In this document: in pieces, positions 30,019 through 44,945 of the stretch | How positions within the stretch are numbered: position 1 is the first letter of the stretch | How the letters are laid out: each line of letters starts with the position of its first letter | Assembly: GCA_044226625.1 (NCBI GenBank) | Contig: JBGAGQ010000006.1 | Coordinates: forward strand, 96,001 to 160,000 | Source: Thermoanaerobaculia bacterium | GTDB taxonomy: Bacteria > Acidobacteriota > Thermoanaerobaculia > Multivoradales > UBA5704 | Length of the DNA: 64,000 nucleotides | Direction: 5' to 3' | Notes under the pieces: model-generated | Database searches by the model: none | What the model was told of the DNA's origin: nothing | Seen by the model: the letters and a program-made list of their open reading frames with translations, nothing else | Program-made: the position numbers and the translations under genes

Positions 30019-31080
30019 CTAGTCTGAGGCTGGCGCGAGCGCCGCGGCGGTCGAGGTCACTTCGCGGGTAAGCGCGGCGAGACCTCGGCCAGACCGGACC
30101 GCGGAGCCGTCCGGGGAGAGCCAGGCTTCAGCGAGGCGGGCGAAGAGATCGTCGCGCCGCGCCCGGTTCCTCCGGCCGAGCTCGACGAGGCCGCTTTCGA
30201 GCGGCCGGCGGCGCGCCGCGGACAGCTCCGCGGCCGTGGCCCCCGAAAGCGCGAGATCGAGCGTGCGCCGGGCGCGCTCGGCGCCGGCCTCCGCGGCGGT
30301 TTCCCGCAACAGCCGCTCCATCACGTGGGCGTCGTGCAGCTCCCCGAGCAGGTCCTGGAGCTGCTTCAACCGTTTGGTCGCCGCGCGCGCCGTGGGGCAC
30401 TCGGCCACGAACGGCTCCAGCAGGTAGCGCAGGCGTTTGGCGACGATCCGCGCCCGGTGGGAGCCCTCCTCGTCCTCTGGAGACGCCACGGCGGCTAGAT
30501 CGCTTCCGAGGCGCTCGGACAGCGCGAGCAGGGCGGCCGAGGCGACCTCGCCGAGTCGACGGGGCGGGCTCTCGGCGTCGAGCCGCACCTCGGCCCGGTA
30601 GACCGAAAGCCGCTCGCGCAGGCGCTCGGCGAGCGGTTCGAATTCCGCGTCGATCTCCTCGACGATCTCCCCGTAGGCGCGATCGCGAACCGATTCGAGG
30701 CGGGAGCGGAGCCAGAGATATCCCGGGCGCGCGGAGGGGGGAATCGGCGCGCCGGCGGCGGTCGCCTCGAGCCAGGCGAGCGCCACCTCGGCGTCGCGCC
30801 CTTCGCCGGTGGCTCCCGCGAGCTTCTTGAGCCGCTTGGCGAGCTTCCGGCCGACGCTTCGGCCGAGAAGATCGTCGAACGTGCCGAGCGTGCTGCGCAG
30901 GCGCCGCAAAGCGACGCGAAAATCGTGCAGCCCCTCGACGTCGTCCGGATCGGCGATGCGCGCCTTCGCCGAAGCCGCCTGATCGAGAAAGCCGAGCGCC
31001 AGGCGCCGCGCTCCTTCGTCAGGATCGCGCTCGGCCCAGACGATCGCGGGCGAAGGCGACGATTCCACCCCGTTGCTCAC
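30019..31080 (-). CDS. CHAD domain (polyphosphate-binding) protein
   Basis: LHDFRVALRRLRS, HRARIVAKRLRYLLE, LQDLLGELHD. Confidence 0.9.
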   Translation of the reverse strand: MSNGVESSPSPAIVWAERDPDEGARRLALGFLDQAASAKARIADPDDVEGLHDFRVALRRLRSTLGTFDDLLGRSVGRKLAKRLKKLAGATGEGRDAEVALAWLEATAAGAPIPPSARPGYLWLRSRLESVRDRAYGEIVEEIDAEFEPLAERLRERLSVYRAEVRLDAESPPRRLGEVASAALLALSERLGSDLAAVASPEDEEGSHRARIVAKRLRYLLEPFVAECPTARAATKRLKQLQDLLGELHDAHVMERLLRETAAEAGAERARRTLDLALSGATAAELSAARRRPLESGLVELGRRNRARRDDLFARLAEAWLSPDGSAVRSGRGLAALTREVTSTAAALAPASD

Positions 31081-31604
31081 CGAGAGCTATCCTTTTTCCC
31101 CGAGCCGAGATCGCGAAGCAGCGCGGGCGAGAGCGCCCACAGGAGCAGCCCCGCCCCCTCTTCCACCCGCCCTGGAAACGCCACGCAAGCCACTCCCCCT
31201 TTCCGGAAGCGGTGGAACGGCCGATCCGCGCCGACCAGCGCGGCGAGCAACTCGGAGAGATCGGGCTCATGGCCGACGAGGGCGATCGGATCGGCGGTCT
31301 CCAGGGCCAGCCAGGCCAGCAATTCCTCCCGTGGAGCACCCGGACGAAGCGGTTCGATCTCTCGCACCAGCGGCGGCCGTCGCAGCCCGGACTCGGTATA
31401 GGCGACTTCCACGATCGCCCCGGTCGCAACCGAACGAACGAGCGGGCTCGTCGCGAGCAGCTCGATCGAAGGAACCGCCGCGCGCAGCCCCCGCGCCGCG
31501 CGGCGCATCTTCTTCACGCCCTCCTCGGTCAGCGGGCGCAGATCGTCCGCCTCGATCTCGGTGCGATCGACCGCGATGGCGTGACGGATCAGGAGGAGGT
31601 TCAT
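31077..31604 (-). CDS. sixA: SixA-type phosphohistidine phosphatase
   Basis: LIRHAIA, RPLTEEG, TSPLVR, VGHEP, KGG. Confidence 0.85.
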   Translation of the reverse strand: MNLLLIRHAIAVDRTEIEADDLRPLTEEGVKKMRRAARGLRAAVPSIELLATSPLVRSVATGAIVEVAYTESGLRRPPLVREIEPLRPGAPREELLAWLALETADPIALVGHEPDLSELLAALVGADRPFHRFRKGGVACVAFPGRVEEGAGLLLWALSPALLRDLGSGKKDSSR

Positions 31605-31647
31605 GAGGCGGGCGGGACCACGGCAACGAGCGAATTGGGTGGACGTC

Positions 31648-32246
31648 TCAGCTGCCTAGGCCCAACTCTTCGAGCGACGACGCTTCGAAGATTCGATCCG
31701 CGAGCAGATCCAGTTGATCGTGGGAGTCGATCGCTTCGATTCGCTTTTCGACCGCCGCGGAAACCGAGCCGAATCGCCTCCGGATCTGGCGAAGAAGGGT
31801 ATTTCGGCTCCGCTCGAGACCCTGGCGAAGTCCCTGCTCCAGACCTCGCTGCATGAACTTGGCTTCCAACTTCTCTTCCCACGTGGTTTCCATGGCCTCG
31901 ACCTCCGGAGTCGTTTCGGCACGGCGCAAAGCGGCGTACCTTTCCGCCTCGCTCCCGGTCAATTGTAAGTAGGTTTCGACACAGTTGGCCAACAGGAAGC
32001 GCTCGACCTCGCCGACCGGCGCGGTCGCGATCTTCTGGAGCAGCCGGAGCTTTAGGCGGGCCGCTCCCATCTCGCACCTCACGCTCGAGCACGCGTTCGA
32101 CGTGGTCCGACCACGAAGCGCCCGGCGGTCCGCCGCGAAGAAAGACGACCACCGACAGCGCCGGCCCCGAATGTCGAAGGTATAGGCAGCAGGTCGTGAA
32201 AAAAGCTGCGAAACAGATCCTTGAACAGCTGGTCGTGGCGGGTCAT
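31648..32246 (-). pseudogene. Rpn/DUF4351-type protein remnant (internal deletion, frameshifted)
   Basis: ATG 32246 gives MTRHDQLFKDLFRSFFHDLL; C-terminal GLEQGLRQGLE...LLRQIRRRFG...SSLEEL lies in another frame; middle of the protein is missing. Confidence 0.75.
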
Positions 32247-32282
32247 GTAGGCACGTTCCTCCTGACCCGCTTAAGACGGAAC

Positions 32283-33751
32283 TCACCCCGTTCGATCTTG
32301 CAGTCGGTCCGGAGCGCGCATCGAACCTGAGAGGCTTTCGTCCCGCCGGTCGAGAAGAGGGGCCAACACCCACGCTCCTCCGAAGGTGGAGAAGGTGCCG
32401 AGGACGACCAGCCAGGTCCAGCCTAGGGGGATCAGCTTCTTCTCGGAGAGGATCAGCAGCGCCAGCATCAGCGCCGCGCTTGCGATCATCGCGACCAGGT
32501 TCGCGCGGTTTGCCCGGCGCTTCGTGACTAGGCCGAGCAAAAAGACTCCAAGGAGCGAGCCGAAGGTGACGCCGCCAATCTTGAAGGCGAGCCAGAGGAT
32601 CTTGTCGAACGAGCTGAACCAGAAGGCGAGCAGGGCGAGGACGACGCCGAAACCGACGATGCTTACGCGCGACGCGGCCAGGTAGTGGCCGTCGCCGGCC
32701 GGCCGGCCGAGCTTCTCGCGGAGCGGCTGATAGACGTCCGTGATGAACGAGGTCGCGAGGGCGGCGAGCGGCGAGTCGATGCTCGCGAGGACGATCGACG
32801 ACAGCATCAATCCGCGCAGGAAGCCGGGCATTGCGTGGCCGATGAAGTGGGGAAAGATCGCCTCGAGGTTCGCCGGGAGCCCCTCCGACGGATTCTGCGC
32901 GTAGAAGGCGTAGAGGGCGGTGCCGATCGCGAGATGGATGACCAGCACGAACAGGCTCACCCCCGTGGTCCAGAGCATCGTCCTCTGACTCGACTTTCGG
33001 GTCTCGACGGTGAGCAGTCGCTGCATCAGGTCCTGATCGGTGCCGCAGCAAGGGACGGCCCCCAATGGAACAGGCTCAGCCGGCCCGCCGGCTCGGCGAG
33101 CGCGAGCGCGCCGGAGAATCCGCCGTCAATTCGCGACAAGAGGAACGCGAGCGTCGCAATTCCCCCGACGACGATCACCACGGCCTGGATCACGTTGGTC
33201 CAGATGACCGCCCGCATACCGCCGAGCCCCATGTAAAGGATGCTCACGACGATGAAGCCCGCGATCACCGGCGCGATCGGCCAGCCGAGAAGGACCGAGA
33301 CGGCGAGGCAGGCGGCCATCAAGCGCACGCCCGAACCGAGCAAGCGGGTGACGAAGAAGAAGATCGCCGCCGTGCTCTGGGTGAGCCGGCCGAACCGGCG
33401 CCCCAGAAACTGGTAGATCGAGGTGCAGTCGAATTTGTAGAACGCCGGGATGAACAGGAAGGCGATCGCCAGCCGCGCCGCGATCGAGCCGAGGAAGATC
33501 TGCAGGTACTGCCAGTTCTCGCGGAATGCCGTAGCCGGCACCGAAATGATCGTGACCGCGCTTACCTCGGTCGCCACGAACGCGAGACAGGCGGCCCACG
33601 CGGGAATCCGACGTTGGCCGAGAAAGAACTCGGAGGTCGAAGTCTGGCGCCGCTCGAACAGCGCGCCGATGGCCACCATCGCGAGCAACAGGACCCCGAG
33701 GACGACGAAATCCTCCCAGCCGATCAAAGACTGTCCACCGAAGAGATTCAA
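32283..33751 (-). pseudogene. Sodium:solute symporter (SSS) split by a frameshift near 33050
   Basis: N-half EFFLGQR..PAW...ATEVSAVT ends FHWGPSL; C-half resumes in another frame with GTDQDLMQRLL. Confidence 0.8.
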
Positions 33752-33937
33752 ACCATTCGCTTCCTTTCCCGGGAGCGGAAAGCTTCGCACATCGGCGCGA
33801 CGGAGCCCACGCTCGGGCTAATACCCCTGCGCCTCGGTGCCGTCCTAACGGCTCGCGAGCGAGCTTTTCCGCGCCATTCTGCCGATCCGGCGCAAGATGC
33901 CGCAGCCGCGACACCGTAGACCTTGAGAGCGTTCGCC

Positions 33938-33966
33938 TTGACCCCGCGGCGGGGCGAACTTATGCT
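33938..33966 (+). promoter_or_regulatory. Putative sigma70 promoter of the HlyD-PCAT operon
   Basis: TTGACC-N17-TATGCT, 47 bp upstream of GTG 34014. Confidence 0.5.
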
Positions 33967-34013
33967 CGACCAATTCTGGAGAGGATGCTTATCTCGCATC
34001 AGGACAAGGATTT

Positions 34014-36110
34014 GTGGCGACCGAACGTGATTCCCTGAGGCTGATCCGCACCGACGCTGCGGAGCCGTCGATCCTGCTCGCCGGTTTCTCCGAGGGAGAG
34101 ACCGAAGGGCAGCGGCGGCGGCTGGGGACGGGCGCGCGCGTGGAAGTCGCGCGGACGGAGGCGGAGATCCTTGCCCATTGCGAGCGCGGAGACGTCGCGG
34201 TGCTCGCCCTGGGATCCGCGTTCTCGGGCGATCCGGCGCGCCGGATCCTCGAGACGCTCCACGAGCGGATTCCCGGAGCGAAGACCCTCTACCTCGTCGC
34301 GTCCGGCGGCCCCGACCCCTCCGTCTTCCAAGAGCTGATCGACGAGGACCGGATCTTCTTCCTGAGCCTCCAGCCGCTGGGCGGGGACGACCTCTCGGCC
34401 CTGCTCGAGAGCGCGATCACACGCTTCCGCACGCTTCGGCTCGCCGAGGAGGAGGCCGAGCGAGCGCGCCCTTCCTCGGATTCCGCGGCCACCACGGCGA
34501 CCGGTCCGAAAGAAGGATTGGCTCTCGCCGGCACCCTGCCGCTACCGGCGCCCAAACGGGACGCGCGGGCGGAGCTATCGCGCCGGGTGCTCGCCGCCGC
34601 CGGGCGGCTCGCCGCCGAGCGCGATCCGGCCGCGGCGGCTTTTCTGATCCGCGAGGACCTCGTCGATCTGATCGCCGCGGCGCGCGCCCATCTCCTGCTC
34701 TACGACTTCGAGACCGAGGTCCTCTGGGAACGCCGCGGTGGAATGTCCGCGGAGGAACGGCGGGAGAGCGCTGCGGTCGGCGTCGTGAGCTTCGTCGCGC
34801 GAACGGGCCGCCCGGTCGTCGCGAACCGCCTCGCGGACGATCCCCGCTTCGAGCGCGAAGCCGACGATCCGGAAGGCGACGGTCAGGGGCCGTTCATGGC
34901 GCTCGCGATTCGCGAGCCCGCGGTCGCTCCCGCTCACTCCGGCCCGGGCTCCTCCGCGACGCCCGGTTCACTCGGGCCGATCGTCGCCGTGCTCGCGGCC
35001 CTTCGCAACCCCGGCTCCGAGCCGTTTTCCGCGGCCGAGCGCGAGGCGTTTTCGCTCTACGCCGAACGGGCCGCCCCGGCGCTCGCCCAACTGGCGCTCG
35101 AGGCCCGCCTCGCCGAGCAGGGCAAGCGCGACGAGCGCAACCTGCGCGAAGGGGCGCTCGGCGTTTTCCGCGAGGAGGCGCTCGACCATCACATGGCGTC
35201 GGCGCGCAAGGAGGGAGACCTCCTGCGTATCTCGCCGGCCTGGATCGATTGGGCCTCCTGGCTGTTGCTCGGTCTCGCCGGCGCGGGGGTTCTCTTCCTC
35301 GCTCTCGGCCGGATCCACGAGCGGGCGACGGGAGTCGCCGTCGTCCGGCTCGGCGGGCGGAGCGAGATCACCGCGACCGCCGCCGGCACCGTCTCGTCGG
35401 TCGAGGCCCCCCCGGGGACGCGGGTGGAGCAAGGCGCCTCGCTGGTTCACCTCTACGGCGGCCCCGAAGCGGCGGAGCTTTCGCGCCTGGAGGGCGAATT
35501 CGAGCTGCAGCTCGCCTCGCGCCTGCGCGACCCGGGCGACCGCGGTGCGGAGGCGGCGCTGATCGGCCTCACCGGACAGATCGAGCTCGCGCGGGCGAGG
35601 CTCGCCGAGCGCGACGTGCGGGCTCCGCGCTCCGGGGTCGTGGCGGACGTAAGGGTGCGGGCCGGCCAACAGGTCGTGCCGGGGCAGGTGATCGCCTCGC
35701 TGTCCTCGATCCATGCCGCCGGTTCGGCGGATGGAGGCCCGCGGGTCGCCGTCCTTTTGCCCGGAAAGGTTCGTCCCCAGCTCGAAGTGGGATTGCCGAT
35801 CCGTCTGGAGCTCGACGGCTTCCGCTATGCCTATCAACGACTGCAGATCGAGGCGGTCAACGACGAGGTTCTTGGCCCCGACGAGGCCCGGCGGCTGCTC
35901 GGCAGCGGCGTCGGCGAGGGGGCGCAGATCTCGGGCCCTGTCGTTTTCGCCTGGGCGCGCCTTCCGGACGACGGTTTCGTCGTCGACGGTCGCCGCTATT
36001 CCTACTATGACGGCATGTGGGGCTCGGCCCAAGTCAGCCTGCGGTCCGAGCCGCTCGCCACCGCCCTGATCCCCGGCCTGCGCGTCCTCACCGGCGGAGG
36101 GCGCCGCTGA
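34014..36110 (+). CDS. HlyD-family membrane fusion protein with N-terminal receiver-like and GAF domains
   Basis: GAF segment (GVVSFVARTGRPV..DDPRF...FSAAE); FREEAL..H motif; one TM; split lipoyl halves (ITATAAGTV / VRAPRSGVV); GMWGSAQV. Confidence 0.85.
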   Translation: MATERDSLRLIRTDAAEPSILLAGFSEGETEGQRRRLGTGARVEVARTEAEILAHCERGDVAVLALGSAFSGDPARRILETLHERIPGAKTLYLVASGGPDPSVFQELIDEDRIFFLSLQPLGGDDLSALLESAITRFRTLRLAEEEAERARPSSDSAATTATGPKEGLALAGTLPLPAPKRDARAELSRRVLAAAGRLAAERDPAAAAFLIREDLVDLIAAARAHLLLYDFETEVLWERRGGMSAEERRESAAVGVVSFVARTGRPVVANRLADDPRFEREADDPEGDGQGPFMALAIREPAVAPAHSGPGSSATPGSLGPIVAVLAALRNPGSEPFSAAEREAFSLYAERAAPALAQLALEARLAEQGKRDERNLREGALGVFREEALDHHMASARKEGDLLRISPAWIDWASWLLLGLAGAGVLFLALGRIHERATGVAVVRLGGRSEITATAAGTVSSVEAPPGTRVEQGASLVHLYGGPEAAELSRLEGEFELQLASRLRDPGDRGAEAALIGLTGQIELARARLAERDVRAPRSGVVADVRVRAGQQVVPGQVIASLSSIHAAGSADGGPRVAVLLPGKVRPQLEVGLPIRLELDGFRYAYQRLQIEAVNDEVLGPDEARRLLGSGVGEGAQISGPVVFAWARLPDDGFVVDGRRYSYYDGMWGSAQVSLRSEPLATALIPGLRVLTGGGRR

Positions 36111-38380
36111 TGGCGGCCGAGGAGAAGGACATCCGGACGGAGAAAAGAGCTTCGAGCGGCCTCGTCGGACGTTTCCCCGCGCTCTCCCGCCTCACCGGCT
36201 GGGCGGGCGGCCGGCGCCGGATCCCCTACGTTCAGCAAACGGCGGCCTCCGACTGCGGCTCGGCCTGCCTCTCGATGGTGCTCGGGCTGTTCGGCAAAAA
36301 CCTCCGGCTCGACGAGGTGCGCGAGATCGTCGGGTTCGGCCGTGAGGGGGCCTCGGCCCCGTCGATCCTGCGCGGTGGAGAGTGGTTCGGTCTGCGCGGA
36401 CGCGGCGTCAAGGTCGAGCGGATCGAGGACCTGCGATTCGTCGACCAGGGGAGCATTCTTCACTGGAGGTTCAACCACTTCGTGGTCTTCGACCGCCTGC
36501 TGTCGGGCAACCGCGTGGCGATCGTCGATCCGGGCGGAGGCCGGCGGGTCGTGCCGTTCGAAGAGGCGAGGACCGCCTTTACCGGGGTCGCCCTGATCTT
36601 CGAGCCGGGCGAGGGGTTCGAACCGGCCGACAAGCGTCCTTCCGGCGTGCGCCGCTACCTGCGCCAGCTGCTCGGTCAATCGGGTTGGCTCGGCCGCGTG
36701 GTGGCGATCTCGGTGCTCGTCCAGTTGCTCGCGCTCGCGCTCCCGGTGCTCACAGGGATGATCGTCGATCGCGTCCTGCCGCAGGGCGATCTTTCCCTGC
36801 TTCAACTACTCGCGATCGGGCTCGGCGCGATCGTCCTCTTCCAGTATTTTGCCTCGCTGGTTCGCTCCTACCTGCTGCTCGCGCTACGCACGCGGCTCGA
36901 CGCGCAGATGACGCTCGATTTCCTCGACCATCTGGTGAACCTGCCCTACCTGTTCTTCCAGCAGCGTTCGGCGGGCGACCTGATGATGCGGTTGAACTCG
37001 AACGCCACGGTGCGCGAAATCCTCACTTCGGGCGCCCTGTCCGGCGTGCTCGACGGCACGCTGGTGGTGCTCTATCTCGTGTTCGTCTTCGCCGCGTCGC
37101 CCTCGATGGGGCTTCTCGTCCTCGGGCTAGGCGCCCTGCGGCTGATCCTCTTCCTCGGCGCGCGTCGCAAGACGAGCGATCTCATGTCCGAGTCGCTCCA
37201 ATCGCAGGCGGCGTCGCAGACCTACCAGGTTCAGATGCTCTCGGGCATCGAGACGCTCAAGGCGAGCGGCACCGAGCAGCGCGCGGTCGAGCACTGGTCG
37301 CACCTCTTCGTCGACACCCTGAACGTCTCGCTCGCCCGCGGCCGGCTTCAGGCTCTGATCGACGCGATGCTCGCGGCGCTCCAAAGCGGCTCGCCGCTGG
37401 TGATCATGCTCTTCGGTGCCTACCAGGTGCTCAACGCCGAGCTCTCGCTCGGCACGATGCTCGCCCTCAACGCGCTCGCGAACGGTTTCCTCACACCGCT
37501 CTCGACGCTGGTGTCCACCGCCTTCCAGCTGCAGTTGCTGGGCGGCTACCTCGAGCGGATCAACGACGTCATGGAGACGCCCGCCGAGCAGGACCTGGCC
37601 AAGGTTCGACGGACGCCGAAGCTGTCGGGCGAGATTCGTCTCGAAGAGGTGGCGTTCCGCTATGGCCCCTCGTTGCCGTTCGTCGTCAAGGAGGTTTCGG
37701 TCGAGATTCCGCCGGGCACGTTCGTCGCCCTGGTCGGGCGTTCCGGCGCGGGGAAGTCGACCCTTGCCGGCCTGCTCGTCGGGCTCTACGTGCCGACCTC
37801 CGGTCGCATCCTTTACGATGGGATCGACCTCGCCGAATTGGAGTTCCGCTCGTTGCGGAACCAGATCGGCGTGGTGCCTCAACATCCCTATCTGTTCGGC
37901 AGCTCGATCCGCGCCAACATCGCCCTCGCCGATCCCGAGCTGTCGCTCGCCGACGTCGCCCGCGCGGCGGAGAGAGCCCACATCCACTCCGACATCCAGG
38001 CGATGGCGATGGGCTACGAGACGCTGGTCGCCGACGGCGGCGCGTCCCTTTCCGGAGGCCAGCGCCAACGTCTGGCGCTCGCACGGGCGCTGGTCCGAAA
38101 GCCCTCGATCCTCCTGCTCGACGAGGCGACCAGCGCGCTCGATTCGGTCACCGAACGGCGGATCCAGAAGGAGCTGGAGGCCTTACGTTGCACCCGCATC
38201 GTCGTCGCCCACCGGCTGTCGACGATCCGCGCGGCCGACTTGATCCTGGTGATGGACGACGGTCGCCTGGTCGAAAGCGGTCACCACGAAGCGCTGGTCG
38301 CCCGCGGCGGGATCTACGCCGACCTGGTCGCCGCCCAGCTCGCTCGCGGCGAGGAGGCGGCGGACCTGGTGATGCAGTAG
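36110..38380 (+). CDS. Peptidase C39-containing ABC transporter (PCAT / LanT-type)
   Basis: QQTAASDCGSAC (catalytic Cys), HWRFNHFVVFD, IVDP; TM domain; GRSGAGKST, LSGGQRQR, LLLDEATSALD; TGATG coupling to hlyD. Confidence 0.95.
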   Translation: MAAEEKDIRTEKRASSGLVGRFPALSRLTGWAGGRRRIPYVQQTAASDCGSACLSMVLGLFGKNLRLDEVREIVGFGREGASAPSILRGGEWFGLRGRGVKVERIEDLRFVDQGSILHWRFNHFVVFDRLLSGNRVAIVDPGGGRRVVPFEEARTAFTGVALIFEPGEGFEPADKRPSGVRRYLRQLLGQSGWLGRVVAISVLVQLLALALPVLTGMIVDRVLPQGDLSLLQLLAIGLGAIVLFQYFASLVRSYLLLALRTRLDAQMTLDFLDHLVNLPYLFFQQRSAGDLMMRLNSNATVREILTSGALSGVLDGTLVVLYLVFVFAASPSMGLLVLGLGALRLILFLGARRKTSDLMSESLQSQAASQTYQVQMLSGIETLKASGTEQRAVEHWSHLFVDTLNVSLARGRLQALIDAMLAALQSGSPLVIMLFGAYQVLNAELSLGTMLALNALANGFLTPLSTLVSTAFQLQLLGGYLERINDVMETPAEQDLAKVRRTPKLSGEIRLEEVAFRYGPSLPFVVKEVSVEIPPGTFVALVGRSGAGKSTLAGLLVGLYVPTSGRILYDGIDLAELEFRSLRNQIGVVPQHPYLFGSSIRANIALADPELSLADVARAAERAHIHSDIQAMAMGYETLVADGGASLSGGQRQRLALARALVRKPSILLLDEATSALDSVTERRIQKELEALRCTRIVVAHRLSTIRAADLILVMDDGRLVESGHHEALVARGGIYADLVAAQLARGEEAADLVMQ

Positions 38381-38413
38381 ATCCGCAGTAGATCCCGTCG
38401 CGGACCGATCAAA

Positions 38414-38947
38414 TCAGGACGCCGGTTTGGCTTCCGGCGGCGGCGCGGGCCACTGGAGATAGAGCCCCTGTGGCGTCTCGGTCGGAGGCAGGGCGGCCGG
38501 GGCAGCATCGCCCGCGGCACCCGGCAGGGAGCGGATGAAGCGATAGATCGACCGGAGGTCGTCGTCGGTCATCGCGTGGAGCGCCCAGACCGGCATCGGC
38601 GGCCGTGCGGCTGAGACCTTGGCGGCTCCCACCCACTGATCTTCCGAGAGCGCCGCGGTATGAAGCCTCAGGTTCGTCGGATAGGTCGTGCCCCACGGGC
38701 CGCGGTAGCCAAGCGGCGTGCCGCGCAGCCATTCGGCCTCGGCCAACTGGCCACCCGATTCCGGGAAGCCCGCGGTATGGCAGTCGTTGCAGCCGGCGAT
38801 CGTCACCAGGTAGCGCCCACGCTCGGGCGAGGGTGATGCATCGGCGATGGCGGGAGCCGCGACCGGCTCCGGCTCGGGCGCCTTCGGAGCGCACGCGGAG
38901 GCGACGGCAGCGCCCAGCGCGAGCGCGAATAGGTTCCTCTTTCGCAT
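38414..38947 (-). CDS. Cytochrome c lipoprotein
   Basis: Lipobox ASAC; RGRYLV..AGCNDCHT; GPWGTTYPTNL; PPMP. Confidence 0.85.
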   Translation of the reverse strand: MRKRNLFALALGAAVASACAPKAPEPEPVAAPAIADASPSPERGRYLVTIAGCNDCHTAGFPESGGQLAEAEWLRGTPLGYRGPWGTTYPTNLRLHTAALSEDQWVGAAKVSAARPPMPVWALHAMTDDDLRSIYRFIRSLPGAAGDAAPAALPPTETPQGLYLQWPAPPPEAKPAS

Positions 38948-39080
38948 TGCAAGAGATCTCATAACGTCTTTCTCCTCAGAGAGTAAGCGGAATCTCAACG
39001 ACCTGGTGGCCCAGGCGGGACAGATATACGACGCGCCGGCCGCTGGGTTTCACGGAAGGATCGGGGAACGGGTACGCCCG

Positions 39081-39125
39081 AAAAGAAGAGGCCCCGCTCT
39101 CTCCAAAGGAGAGAAGCGGGGCCTC
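39081..39125 (-). terminator. Rho-independent terminator after the nuclease gene
   Basis: GAGGCCCCGCTCTCTCC / GGAGAGAAGCGGGGCCTC stem followed by a U-rich run on the minus strand. Confidence 0.75.
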
Positions 39126-39151
39126 GGAAAATCGGCCGTCAAGCTAACCGA

Positions 39152-44692
<5,541 letters not shown>

Positions 44693-44945
44693 TGAGGTTC
44701 TCCCCAGGCGAGGGCTCGAATCGTAGGGCTCGGGTGCGGACGGTCCCTAGGAGTGGGAACGGCCCGCGAATTCTCGCACCCCCGCGCGGCGGCGGGGTCA
44801 CGGCTCGACGTCAACGGTGCGGGGAAGATTACCCGAAAACCCGCCCCAGGGGATGGGGCACCGGCCCGGGCCGGACGAATCGATGTCGCCGGGGAGACCG
44901 GCCCGCCGGCCCGAAACATCGGACCGGCGTGTCCAGATCGCTTTG

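Noticed and set aside
30019-31604. sixA-CHAD pair as a novel system
   Set aside because: A common polyphosphate-associated gene pair; its separation from ppk1 is unremarkable.
33962-34030. 22-aa ORF MLDQFWRGCLSRIRTRICGDRT just before hlyD as the PCAT substrate
   Set aside because: Its ATG lies inside the predicted -10 box, it has no RBS or GG leader, and it overlaps the hlyD start.
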